Shown here in pieces: positions 10,084 through 18,730 of a stretch of DNA of 64,000 bases (positions within the stretch are counted from its first letter, which is position 1; each line of letters opens with the position of its first letter). Below the pieces are notes generated by a model that was not told where the DNA came from, did no database searches, and was given only the letters and a program-made list of their open reading frames with translations. Position numbers and translations under genes: made by a program. Source of the DNA: a virus (Duplodnaviria > Heunggongvirae > Uroviricota > Caudoviricetes); IMG/VR virus record IMGVR_UViG_2778260992_000001; one strand, given 5' to 3'.

Positions 10084-10101
10084 GAGAAAACAAGTTGTTT
10101 A
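10084..10101. promoter_or_regulatory. class-1 palindrome
   Basis: GAGAAAACAAGTTGTTTA; track TTG start 10082 overlaps it. Confidence 0.55.
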
Positions 10102-10111
10102 CGGAGTTGTG

Positions 10112-10423
10112 ATGAAAAAATCATTGGTTCTTGGTCTGGACAAAGACCAGAAGAGAAAAGAGAAGCCTGCGCTGGTTGCTCAATTAACTTTGCTGGACAT
10201 CGTTGCCAATGGAACCTCTATTCGTCTGTTCCGTGAAACAGCGGTGTCTTTCGATAAAAACACCTTTACTCGTTATGTAATGAATGTTCGTCGCCAGCGT
10301 GGAAAAGGCTGGGTGGCATTTCAAAGAATGTGGCCGGAACATCAGCTCGAACTGGCTTTGATGGAAGTTAACCGCGTGGCCCAGCAAGAGATTCAGAGAG
10401 CATCAGTGATGGCAATAGCCTGA
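10112..10423 (+). CDS. hypothetical basic small protein
   Basis: ATG at 10112 after ACGGAG; in frame with track ORF 10082. Confidence 0.5.
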   Translation: MKKSLVLGLDKDQKRKEKPALVAQLTLLDIVANGTSIRLFRETAVSFDKNTFTRYVMNVRRQRGKGWVAFQRMWPEHQLELALMEVNRVAQQEIQRASVMAIA

Positions 10424-10457
10424 TAATGTGCAAGTGGTAATTAGTCGACCGTACGAC

Positions 10458-10487
10458 AGCCCCGCCATCCTTACGGGGCTTTTTTGT
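10458..10487 (+). terminator. rho-independent terminator
   Basis: GCCCCG..CGGGGC stem plus TTTTTT. Confidence 0.65.
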
Positions 10488-10549
10488 ATTGTAAGTACAT
10501 ACTTACGATCATAGAATATAAAAATAACCAAAACACTACGGAGAGTGAA

Positions 10550-10945
10550 ATGACCGTTAAACGCGAAAAACTGACAGTTGATGTTTACTATGCCTCTGAA
10601 ACCGCCGAAGGTAAGAATGTGGCAAAAATCACCGTTGTTACGTACAACACCGAAACTGGTGCCGAAGTCCAGGCCAGTACGATCGTGCGTAAAGGTGATG
10701 CCTCCGGCGGCGAGTACGCGACTCAATACCAGTCCATTCTCGATGCAACTGACCCGCTGCTGCTGAAAATCGAGAACTACTTCCGCCAGGTTAATGAAGA
10801 GGTGTTTGAAACCATGATGAATATGGTTAACACCGTATTCGCCTCCAGCCTGAATACCAACACTACCTGGATTGGTCAGTACGGCCTGCGCATTACCTCT
10901 GGCATTCCTGCCGACACCTTAATCCCTGAAAGCGTATTCGCTTAA
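10550..10945 (+). CDS. hypothetical protein
   Basis: ATG at 10550 after GGAGAGTG; in frame with track ORF 10484. Confidence 0.5.
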   Translation: MTVKREKLTVDVYYASETAEGKNVAKITVVTYNTETGAEVQASTIVRKGDASGGEYATQYQSILDATDPLLLKIENYFRQVNEEVFETMMNMVNTVFASSLNTNTTWIGQYGLRITSGIPADTLIPESVFA

Positions 10946-10954
10946 TCCTCTTTA

Positions 10955-10982
10955 AATGGCGCGTAAACCGCGCCATTTTATT
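10955..10982 (+). terminator. rho-independent terminator
   Basis: ATGGCGCG-TAAAC-CGCGCCAT plus TTTTATT. Confidence 0.65.
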
Positions 10983-10989
10983 ATGCCCG

Positions 10990-11005
10990 ATAACAATTTG
11001 TTTTC
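10990..11005. promoter_or_regulatory. class-1 palindrome (variant)
   Basis: ATAACAATTTGTTTTC with the same CTGCCTT tail as the 6757 copy. Confidence 0.5.
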
Positions 11006-11062
11006 TGCCTTATCTGATTTGTGAAAATGATTTCACTGAAGCAACTTAATAAGGAAACCATC

Positions 11063-11437
11063 ATGGGACTTGATATCTATATCGAGACGCAGCCTAAAAA
11101 CGATCTGAATAACGAGGCATCCAGAAAGCAGGTTGCTTACTTCCGTAAGTTCAATGCGCTCGTTGGGTGGATGGAGCGCAACGTAGGTGAAGTCGAAAAT
11201 TGTGAGCTTTTAGAATTAACGATGAATGACATTTGTTTTCTGAAGGCTCATTTGATGCACATAAACGAAAGTAATTGCGAAGAGTACTTGCCTACCCGGG
11301 AAGGTTTTTTCTTCGGCAGTCAGGAGTACGATGAAGGTTACTGGCATGATGTGGGGCAGTTGAAAGAGCTTGTGGAAGATCTGATTAAGAACCACGACTT
11401 TCACAATAACAGACTGACCTTCTGCGCCTGGTGGTAA
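11063..11437 (+). CDS. acidic small early protein (hypothetical)
   Basis: ATG at 11063 after AAGGAAACC. Confidence 0.5.
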   Translation: MGLDIYIETQPKNDLNNEASRKQVAYFRKFNALVGWMERNVGEVENCELLELTMNDICFLKAHLMHINESNCEEYLPTREGFFFGSQEYDEGYWHDVGQLKELVEDLIKNHDFHNNRLTFCAWW

Positions 11438-11439
11438 AT

Positions 11440-11583
11440 ATGGGCGATTTCAAGAAACGCCTGAAGGAAAGAGCCGAGATGGTCAGAAAGCAAAACGCCT
11501 CTTCTGTCATCAGATACGCAAGGCAGTTTAGTCGCAACAACAAATCAGTTGAGGAAAAGATCCTTAGCGTAATCGGGCGATAA
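11440..11583 (+). CDS. hypothetical small basic protein (47 aa)
   Basis: Short ORF read manually between stop at 11437 and hairpin at 11590; not in track. Confidence 0.3.
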   Translation: MGDFKKRLKERAEMVRKQNASSVIRYARQFSRNNKSVEEKILSVIGR

Positions 11584-11589
11584 TTATTA

Positions 11590-11612
11590 AGGCCACCAGC
11601 ATTGGTGGTCTT
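11590..11612 (+). terminator. hairpin GGCCACCAGCATTGGTGGTC (copy 1)
   Basis: Near-identical copy at 12062; no strong U-tract. Confidence 0.45.
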
Positions 11613-11737
11613 AAATGACTTTTAATAACCGAAGGTTAGTTTGAAACCTGGCTATCAACTTCCATAACCTTTCTTGTGTATTCAGCCTGTATTAACTTCT
11701 TTTATGCCTTATCTACACTGCGATAATTACACCAACA

Positions 11738-11754
11738 AGAAAACAACATGTTTA
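11738..11754. promoter_or_regulatory. class-1 palindrome
   Basis: AGAAAACAACATGTTTA preceded by shared CGATAATTACACCAACA box. Confidence 0.55.
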
Positions 11755-11772
11755 CGCAGTTAGGATATGCTC

Positions 11773-12054
11773 ATGACTGATTTCACCATTACCCCTAAAG
11801 CACAAAATGTATTTCTTGAATCATGGCTGGACTTGCCGGAAACAGAACAGCAAGAAATGGATCATGTGGATTATGACGAGCAGGTAAGCACGCGATTCTT
11901 CCACTTTGAGGGATGCGTTTACGACATTGTCGACTTCATGCGAGATGACCGCTTCCCTGAATGGCACGCAAGCTATCCACTAAACGCCTTTGCCATGCTG
12001 ATGATCCGTGTGGATGATTCAGGGGATACCATCGACATCGGTCTGCTCCACTAA
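11773..12054 (+). CDS. acidic small early protein (hypothetical)
   Basis: ATG at 11773 after AGGA; about 19 D/E vs 4 K/R. Confidence 0.5.
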   Translation: MTDFTITPKAQNVFLESWLDLPETEQQEMDHVDYDEQVSTRFFHFEGCVYDIVDFMRDDRFPEWHASYPLNAFAMLMIRVDDSGDTIDIGLLH

Positions 12055-12061
12055 AGGCTAA

Positions 12062-12081
12062 GGCCACCAGCATTGGTGGCC
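12062..12081 (+). terminator. hairpin GGCCACCAGCATTGGTGGCC (copy 2)
   Basis: Perfect 8-bp stem, 4-nt loop; same flanks AAGG..TTAAATGAC as copy 1. Confidence 0.45.
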
Positions 12082-12222
12082 TTAAATGACTATCTTGTTT
12101 CCCGCAGGCTAAAAACACCAACCTCTTACCTCCAGGCAACCGACAAACCCACCTGTTCCCGTCCGGCTACCGTAACTTTCCACTTTGACGCCTTATTCGT
12201 ACAACGATAATTAACACCAACA

Positions 12223-12239
12223 AGAAAACAATTTGTTAT
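12223..12239. promoter_or_regulatory. class-1 palindrome
   Basis: AGAAAACAATTTGTTAT preceded by shared ACGATAATTAACACCAACA box. Confidence 0.55.
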
Positions 12240-12258
12240 TTACGATAAGGAATTAATC

Positions 12259-12741
12259 ATGAATTTTATCGCTACTGTAAACGCACCCGCACATGGCAAT
12301 ATCGCTGTAACGTTCTCTGACATTGAAAAACGAGTACTTGGTGCATGGCGCGACAATGAGACGGTAGAACTGTCAGCACAAGAAAAATGCATTATTGCAC
12401 GCGACATCATTGGCAATCGTCGTTACTCGCGGGTATTTGAAAAAGCGTATGTGGTAAATTCTGGATTCGGAACGTTCGTCTTTCCGGTGCGCTCCGGGCG
12501 ATTCTGCCAGTCCAAGCTGATTGAGTTCGCTACGCAGATTTCTGTCTGGATTAAAACTCAATCGTCGTTCAAATTTTCCGACGATGAAGCAGTATCGCAG
12601 GGGATGCGGATCGCCAACAATGCAATTAAATGCAAAAACATTACGTATACCGCTGGCGTTGATACATGGAAACTGTTTTGCGCTAACTTTATGCTGAATG
12701 TATACGCAAGCAACCGCATCCACATCCTTGATGGCGTGTAA
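12259..12741 (+). CDS. hypothetical protein
   Basis: ATG after TAAGGAATT; last rightward early gene. Confidence 0.5.
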   Translation: MNFIATVNAPAHGNIAVTFSDIEKRVLGAWRDNETVELSAQEKCIIARDIIGNRRYSRVFEKAYVVNSGFGTFVFPVRSGRFCQSKLIEFATQISVWIKTQSSFKFSDDEAVSQGMRIANNAIKCKNITYTAGVDTWKLFCANFMLNVYASNRIHILDGV

Positions 12742-12748
12742 CTGAGAA

Positions 12749-12772
12749 GAGGGCCAGAAACGGCCCTTTCTC
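12749..12772 (+). terminator. rho-independent terminator
   Basis: GGGCC-AGAAAC-GGCCC plus TTTCTCT. Confidence 0.6.
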
Positions 12773-12790
12773 TATAGCCACCAGCTGCCG

Positions 12791-12909
12791 CAGGGAAATT
12801 TTCAGAAACGGCGAGGAACGTATTCATGAGCCGACGGGAAACGGCCAGGATTTTTTCGGGAAACGGCTGCATTCGCCTTTATGTAGAAAAAACATCGGGA
12901 AGCTGGTGG
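12791..12909. repeat. iteron array 2: GGAAACGGC-like repeats
   Basis: Strong copies near 12805, 12839, 12861 plus degenerate ones; convergent intergenic region. Confidence 0.55.
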
Positions 12910-13287
12910 AATCCAACCAGCGGTTGTCGGACAGGTGAGCGGGGAAAATTATGATGACTTTCGTCACCTGAGACATCCAGATTTCTTTCGTAGCATAATC
13001 ACATACGTGATTAAGTGGTGTGATTATGTGAAAAATCACGCGCACATAATACGCGAGCGGATACAGAACAAAACAAAATGCCGATCCGCACCGACAAATA
13101 AACGCGGATCACATAGCAAGACTAAAAGCCAATGATTAACCATACTCTATAGCGCAATATAACGCGTTTTAAGCGCGTTAATGTGTTAAGTAATGGGTAT
13201 GTACTGGCAAGGATATAAAAGCGCGTCTATGGCGTTATTTTGGTGCTTATTTTTATGTTGTTGGAGTGAGTTAAAGACAATAAAAAA

Positions 13288-13310
13288 CGCGCCATTGATG
13301 GCGCGTTATT
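13288..13310 (-). terminator. rho-independent terminator (minus strand)
   Basis: GCGCCATTGATGGCGC hairpin with T6 on minus strand. Confidence 0.6.
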
Positions 13311-13330
13311 GTGGAAGTATTGGAAACGAA

Positions 13331-13350
13331 AAAAGCGCCCATAGTGGGCG
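13331..13350 (-). terminator. rho-independent terminator (minus strand), GCGCCCATAGTGGGCGC
   Basis: Hairpin plus T-run on minus strand, just past stop of ORF 13358..13588; identical hairpin at 13831. Confidence 0.65.
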
Positions 13351-13357
13351 CTCGATT

Positions 13358-13588
13358 TTATTTATGTAAACTGATTTCAAATCCCATTTCTACAAACGCT
13401 TTCAGCATTAAAAATATATCAGCGTCGTTCACGTCTGCTTTTTTTCGCTCCTGGTCGCTCAATAAGTCAATTTTGCGCGTCGTTTCATCTATAAGCTCGA
13501 CTGCGCGCCCAGCGTAACCAGCGATCCCAGCGATGCGATTAACATAATATTCGTTATGGACGTTAACGCCAGCGATAAGAACAAACAT
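13358..13588 (-). CDS. hypothetical protein (AT-rich accessory gene)
   Basis: ORF track; AT-rich codon usage; own terminator. Confidence 0.45.
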   Translation of the reverse strand: MFVLIAGVNVHNEYYVNRIAGIAGYAGRAVELIDETTRKIDLLSDQERKKADVNDADIFLMLKAFVEMGFEISLHK

Positions 13589-13608
13589 GATTAAGCTCCT
13601 TAAAAAAA

Positions 13609-13812
13609 TTAAATAGAATTTTGAAGTTTTCCAATTAATGCGCTTAAACGTAAGTATTCACGTTTGCGCTTGCAATCTCGCTTGCTGTTAAGCAAATCAG
13701 AAAACGTAAAATTTAATTGGTCGCGTTGCGCGATTAAATCATCGATTAATTCTAGTTTATAAGCGCGATACTTTGCGCGATATTCCGCGCGGATCTTGTC
13801 ATAGCTGACCAT
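13609..13812 (-). CDS. hypothetical basic protein
   Basis: Track ORF 13609..13857 trimmed to internal Met so the start is not inside the 13831 hairpin. Confidence 0.4.
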   Translation of the reverse strand: MVSYDKIRAEYRAKYRAYKLELIDDLIAQRDQLNFTFSDLLNSKRDCKRKREYLRLSALIGKLQNSI

Positions 13813-13830
13813 TTTCAAAGCTCCTTTAAA

Positions 13831-13850
13831 GCGCCCATAGTGGGCGCTTG
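13831..13850 (-). terminator. hairpin GCGCCCATAGTGGGCGC (second copy)
   Basis: Identical to 13331 hairpin; directly past stop of ORF 13861..14511. Confidence 0.5.
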
Positions 13851-13860
13851 ATTCCATTAA

Positions 13861-14511
13861 TTACGCTTTGAAAGCATCAGCTAAATAATTGTAGAAATCA
13901 TTTTTAATGAAGCGATATTGCTGAGTACCAGCTTTCGCGCTCCCAGCTCCTTTGACTTTTTCAACAAGTCCAAGACGTTCGCAAAGATTGATCAACTGGT
14001 TGGCTTGAGTATAACCAGCGTCCAATTTAATTTCACACGCTTTTTTAGCTTCATTCATTAAATCGAAAACAGCGCCATTAGTGAACGTGTCGATCTCGTC
14101 GTTAATCATATCGATTAAAGCGAATACACGAGATCCAGACATATCAGCGATGGAATAAACGCATTTACCAGATTTAATTGATTTAACCAGATAAACCAGT
14201 TTTTCCAGAGAATAACTATTAGTCATTGCATCACGGAAAAATACTTCTGGCGCTTGTTTGCTTGCTTTAATCGCATAGTAGAAAACAGAGCATAATTTTT
14301 CGTCTTCTACTGCGTTTACGACGTTGTTGATGAAGTAAGCAAGTTTAGTGGTCGCAGCTTGCATATTTGCTTTGTCTGCTTTAGTGTGCGTACCATTTTT
14401 ATAATGTTCGTTATATGTTTGAGTTGCCAGATCTGCTTTTTCGCGCAGTTCATCGGATACAATGGAAGCAGCTTCAATGATGGATTTTTTAGAAATGATA
14501 ATGTTAGCCAT
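13861..14511 (-). CDS. hypothetical protein, possible winged-helix C-terminus
   Basis: 216 aa; C-terminal LINLCERLGLVEK..QQYRF resembles a winged-helix DNA-binding segment (weak); monocistronic, AT-rich. Confidence 0.45.
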   Translation of the reverse strand: MANIIISKKSIIEAASIVSDELREKADLATQTYNEHYKNGTHTKADKANMQAATTKLAYFINNVVNAVEDEKLCSVFYYAIKASKQAPEVFFRDAMTNSYSLEKLVYLVKSIKSGKCVYSIADMSGSRVFALIDMINDEIDTFTNGAVFDLMNEAKKACEIKLDAGYTQANQLINLCERLGLVEKVKGAGSAKAGTQQYRFIKNDFYNYLADAFKA

Positions 14512-14756
14512 GATAATTTTTCCTTATGTAAATTTAAAATTTATTGTCGTTAGCGTCTTCGCTTTCGACGAGTTCAATTATCGATATGCGAAAAAAGATT
14601 GCAAGTGTTTTTTTTAAATTTTTTGCAGGGATGAAAGTCCTAGAAATAAAAGCGAGATCGTCGAAGGTGTTCCCTAAATAAATAATCGATTGCGGCTTTA
14701 GACCTTATATATATTTAGGTTATTTGATTTGTAGATATAAAGAAGTGATGTGAAAA

Positions 14757-14782
14757 ATAATAACCGGACTTAGCCGGTTATT
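14757..14782 (-). terminator. rho-independent terminator (minus strand)
   Basis: TAACCGG..CCGGTTA hairpin plus T-run on minus strand past stop at 14795. Confidence 0.6.
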
Positions 14783-14794
14783 AACCTTATAGAT

Positions 14795-15103
14795 TTATTG
14801 AACAGAATCTACAGCCTTACGATTGGTGTCAAATAGCGCATCAACGAACTGTGCCGATGACTCGCTAGATTCGCAATCCAACATTGCCCGTTCTTCATTT
14901 GCCACTTTCTTACACAGTTCTACATTCTCACCTATCGCTTTTCCTGCTTTTACGGCTGCCGAAAATTGATACATGCAAACTGATACATTCTGAGACGTTG
15001 AGCACACGTCATTCATCAGCGACTGAATGACAGGCTTATAGTCCATTGCATTTGCCGCAACTGAGCAAAGTAAAAATAATGGTGGTAACAATATCGATTT
15101 CAT
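14795..15103 (-). CDS. secreted Cys-containing small protein
   Basis: N-terminal signal peptide MKSILLPPLFLLCSVAANA; several Cys in the mature part. Confidence 0.55.
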   Translation of the reverse strand: MKSILLPPLFLLCSVAANAMDYKPVIQSLMNDVCSTSQNVSVCMYQFSAAVKAGKAIGENVELCKKVANEERAMLDCESSESSAQFVDALFDTNRKAVDSVQ

Positions 15104-15106
15104 AAC

Positions 15107-15631
15107 TCAAAAAGGCAAAATTCGTTCAACCCAATCGAACAAAACAACTATTTTTCTACCGTTCTCGACACGTAGTGTAACCTGACAAGCATCTGCGCCT
15201 GCTGACACCCCCTCAATTTCACGGCCATCCGCCATGTACACCCTTATAGATTTGTTTGCTTTGTAGGCTTGGTTGCAAATTGCAAAAAAATCGCGGCGTG
15301 ATGGCCGATTATCGACATAATCAGGGTGAACTGTTAGTCGACCTTTGAAATCGTGAGCGATACTGTCAACCACACCTGATTCAATTGTACTAATGCGTTC
15401 AAGTGGGAGCCTTATACGATTTTCTTTGTCAAAAGGGGCTGGGCAAAGGTCAACTTTGTTACGAGATGGCATGAGGCCATAAACGTACATGCAAAACGCC
15501 TGGCCATCTTCGAGAGTGACCCTTACAGGAATTTGTTCTCTGCGCCAGAACATCAGTAGTTTTTCAACGTTAGTGTAATCTCGCGGCCAGAGTTCAGCTT
15601 GGATACCGTAGGTAATATCTTTGGTTGTCAT
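15107..15631 (-). CDS. hypothetical protein
   Basis: Track ORF 15107..15709 trimmed to internal Met (MTTKDITYG) to avoid overlap with the lipoprotein gene. Confidence 0.45.
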   Translation of the reverse strand: MTTKDITYGIQAELWPRDYTNVEKLLMFWRREQIPVRVTLEDGQAFCMYVYGLMPSRNKVDLCPAPFDKENRIRLPLERISTIESGVVDSIAHDFKGRLTVHPDYVDNRPSRRDFFAICNQAYKANKSIRVYMADGREIEGVSAGADACQVTLRVENGRKIVVLFDWVERILPF

Positions 15632-15635
15632 GTCA

Positions 15636-16058
15636 TCACAGAGTTGTTGGCAGAATGTCGATGTCACCAGAATTGCTGGTGAACACCCTGAACGCTTTTG
15701 TGTCTCCATTCTTCAGAGTCGTTTCTCGCTCTTGACGAGCGGGGTTTAGAGCACATAAACCTGCACCTTCAAGAGATGCACCCACAATTAATTCTCCGGC
15801 ATTTAAATGAAAAGTCGCTTTTTCGCCTGTAGCCAGTTTTGCGACAGTTTCGCCATTGATGAAAATGGAAGCATCACATCCAGCTCCTACAAAACCTGTG
15901 TCTCTCATTACCACCAACGTAGCTGGCGCTGCGCTTTGATACTTGAACACTTTGGCCTGCGGTGCTGGTTTGGCGTCATGGATTGATATTGGACGTGATT
16001 GGCACGCGGTAAGCATCAACACTGGTAACGTTAGTAGAGGGAGAAGCGAGTATTTCAT
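15636..16058 (-). CDS. putative lipoprotein
   Basis: Signal peptide with lipobox LTAC (MKYSLLPLLTLPVLMLTAC); start moved to this Met. Confidence 0.55.
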   Translation of the reverse strand: MKYSLLPLLTLPVLMLTACQSRPISIHDAKPAPQAKVFKYQSAAPATLVVMRDTGFVGAGCDASIFINGETVAKLATGEKATFHLNAGELIVGASLEGAGLCALNPARQERETTLKNGDTKAFRVFTSNSGDIDILPTTL

Positions 16059-16126
16059 GTTAGTTTTAGAACAGAAAGTGAACAGTATGGGAGACTTCAT
16101 CTTTGTCTCCCTAATTGATAGCGTGA

Positions 16127-16405
16127 TTATTTTAATCTGCTTAATAGCGTTTCAAGATCTTCCTTTGTCATATTAGAGTTCTCATAGATACGCATGATTT
16201 TCTCACGAGTCTTAGCGGAAGCCCCGACAGAAGATATAACCTTGTCAAAGTCGGCCATTGTCAATTGTTCCAGAATGGTATTTATGACTTCAGCCTTAGA
16301 CATTTTGATATTTTTTTCTTTTAGTTTCACTTGAAACTTTCCAAGTTTGTCATTGGCCTTATCAGACAATGCTACCTGACAGTAAGTTGTTTTCTTTTCA
16401 CTCAT
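16127..16405 (-). CDS. hypothetical small protein
   Basis: ORF directly downstream of the helicase gene, same strand. Confidence 0.45.
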   Translation of the reverse strand: MSEKKTTYCQVALSDKANDKLGKFQVKLKEKNIKMSKAEVINTILEQLTMADFDKVISSVGASAKTREKIMRIYENSNMTKEDLETLLSRLK

Positions 16406-16407
16406 AA

Positions 16408-17967
16408 CTAATCTCGTTTCAGAACTCCAAAATCGAATGCTCCATCAATAGGCAATACACCTTCTGCAAAGCCAGGTGTGGTGTCGATGATGTGTTTTCG
16501 CTCATAAGAGTGAGACAACAGGTATTTGTTGCTAATGTCAATGAAATCAGTGATAAAACACACGTTTGCCTGATTTTTTTTGGCTCGTAAGCCACGACCG
16601 ACACGCTGTCTCATTTCAACTTCTGCTTTCCCACCACCAGCAAGAATGACCGCACCAACGCTTGGCACATCAACACCAACATCCAGAATAGTCGAGCCTA
16701 TTAAAACATCTATTTCACCAGACGCTAAACTATTCAGCTTTGCTTGCCTTGTCGTCTGGTTAGATTCCCCATAGATGAAATCAACTTTAAGACCTGACTC
16801 CTTCATCATCTCCATCAGGATTTGCCCGTGGCGTTTAAGACGAACCAGAGTCATGCAGTTGAGTGAATGTTGCTTATAAAGCAATGCCTCGCGCACTATG
16901 GCCTCGTTACGTCCCAAATTATACACGATCCCCAACTGATAAGCCTTTTGGTAGGCGGTGCTCATACCAACTCTAAAATTAAGGTGTTTGTTGGCAAGTT
17001 CCGCCTTGATTCTGACCTCGTCTGGCTTGTAAGCAACTTTATGATAAAGGAAGTACGGTTTTGCCAGAATGCCTCGATCAATCAGGTACTTTTCTGTGAC
17101 TTTAATTTCAATTCGACCGGCCACAGCCATCAGACGCATGTTGGCTTCTGTAGAATCCTTCATGAACGGCGTGGCCGTAAGCGCCAGACGATAGTCTGCG
17201 TTCACACATAATCTGGCAATGTCATAGAAATTAGAGCCTGAAGACTCATGCGCTTCTTCCAGAATAAGCAGAGACACACTTGAAAGGAAGCGTTTCACTA
17301 GCTCCCGACGTTTGAGGTGGTAGCTCTTTTTATCTGGTGTTGCATCGCGTGGTGGTTCTTCAAGGAAACTTGCCAGAGTTTGAACTGTAGCGACGTTGAT
17401 ATGTCGTGATACCTGGAACTCACCCGAGCCAATGACTCCAACCTTTTGGTCTTTTAACCACGGTTCGCCATTTTCGGCGCGGTAGTCGATGGATCTCTGG
17501 AAGTTTTCGGCCATTTGAAACATCAGAACAGAGCGGGTTGTTAAAAATAATGTCATTCGACCGATACGTGCAGCTGCTTTGCAGGCAACGTTAGATTTCC
17601 CGCCACCAGTAGCGATCTGCGCAATCATCATTCCCTCTCGAACCAGTGTTTCCACAGTCTGATCCTGATATGCATAATCAGGATTGTATGGGAATGGGTT
17701 AACCGCCGGATTTGGTTTACCAAGCGCCGGGGCTTTGTCTTTGCGGATATGAACACATTTGATGCCCGCCTTGTTCAAGTTCGCCGCTACAGGCTTGGCA
17801 AAGCCAGCAGGGAACGAGTTTTTACTCCAGTTGAACATCGTGCTTGTGCCCTTCCAGTCGCCAGTCTCGACTTCGTAGCTCAACATTTGCTGCACCAGTT
17901 GCTTTACCTTGTCATCTGCGCCAGAAATAAGCGCATTTACTGCGTTAGATACAATCCGAACAGTCAT
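16408..17967 (-). CDS. SF2 DEAH-type helicase
   Basis: Motif I ATGGGKS, motif II LEEAH, motif III TATP, motif VI QRVGRGLR. Confidence 0.8.
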   Translation of the reverse strand: MTVRIVSNAVNALISGADDKVKQLVQQMLSYEVETGDWKGTSTMFNWSKNSFPAGFAKPVAANLNKAGIKCVHIRKDKAPALGKPNPAVNPFPYNPDYAYQDQTVETLVREGMMIAQIATGGGKSNVACKAAARIGRMTLFLTTRSVLMFQMAENFQRSIDYRAENGEPWLKDQKVGVIGSGEFQVSRHINVATVQTLASFLEEPPRDATPDKKSYHLKRRELVKRFLSSVSLLILEEAHESSGSNFYDIARLCVNADYRLALTATPFMKDSTEANMRLMAVAGRIEIKVTEKYLIDRGILAKPYFLYHKVAYKPDEVRIKAELANKHLNFRVGMSTAYQKAYQLGIVYNLGRNEAIVREALLYKQHSLNCMTLVRLKRHGQILMEMMKESGLKVDFIYGESNQTTRQAKLNSLASGEIDVLIGSTILDVGVDVPSVGAVILAGGGKAEVEMRQRVGRGLRAKKNQANVCFITDFIDISNKYLLSHSYERKHIIDTTPGFAEGVLPIDGAFDFGVLKRD

Positions 17968-18010
17968 AAACCTCTTTCCTTAGTGCCTTTTGTATGTTAT
18001 TTGGCTATTA

Positions 18011-18032
18011 TAATAAGTAAGTGATTACTTAG
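18011..18032. promoter_or_regulatory. class-2 element TAAGTAAGT..TTACTTA
   Basis: TAATAAGTAAGTGATTACTTAG in divergent region between helicase and ParB-like genes. Confidence 0.5.
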
Positions 18033-18049
18033 TGGATTGTAGCAATAAA

Positions 18050-18730
18050 ATGGATGTAAAAATCACGATTTTGCAGGTTGATGTTGCCAACCTTCGCCCG
18101 AATACCTGGAACACCAATTCGGTTGGTGCGCAGAATTTTGAAAAACTGAAAGGTTCTATCGAAAAATTGGGCTTTTTTAAGCCAATTTTGGCTCGTGAAC
18201 TTGAAGATGGATTTTTTGAAATCCTCGGCGGTGAACATCGCTGGCGTGCTGCTATTGAGCAAGGAATTTCAACGGTTCCGGTGCTTTCTGTGGGCAAAAT
18301 TAGCGATGTCGTAGCTAAACAGATGTCACTGGTGGACAACGAGCGATACGGTGAAGACGACCAAATCGCATTGCAACGCTTCATTGAAGAAATTCAGTCA
18401 GAACTTGACTATCAACTGTTTGAAATCGCTCCGTATGACGACGAAATCTCGATGGTTTTAGCAAAAGAGGCGGCAATCGACCTTGAAGCACTGGAGGCGT
18501 TGTCTCGTGGTAGTGATGAGCCTGTCGATACCGACAAACGAGAGAAAACCGAACGTGTGGGTGCGGAACATCAGACCATGCGCTTCAAAGTAACTTTCGA
18601 TGCGTCAGATCGTGTTGCAGAAACCATAAAAAACATCATCAAAGAGCAGGCTATTAACACCGGTAATGAAATGGAGAACGCTGGTGAGGCTCTGGTGTGG
18701 CTGGTCGACTACTACAAGGAGCGTATGTAA
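18050..18730 (+). CDS. ParB/Srx-fold N-terminal domain protein 1
   Basis: GGEHRWRAA arginine-rich motif resembling ParB GERRxRAA box; start moved to ATG 18050. Confidence 0.6.
   Translation: MDVKITILQVDVANLRPNTWNTNSVGAQNFEKLKGSIEKLGFFKPILARELEDGFFEILGGEHRWRAAIEQGISTVPVLSVGKISDVVAKQMSLVDNERYGEDDQIALQRFIEEIQSELDYQLFEIAPYDDEISMVLAKEAAIDLEALEALSRGSDEPVDTDKREKTERVGAEHQTMRFKVTFDASDRVAETIKNIIKEQAINTGNEMENAGEALVWLVDYYKERM

Noticed and set aside
12935-13135. 66-aa ORF in the convergent intergenic region
   Set aside because: Overlaps the cluster of operator-like half-sites; GTG start without ribosome-binding site; more likely a regulatory region.
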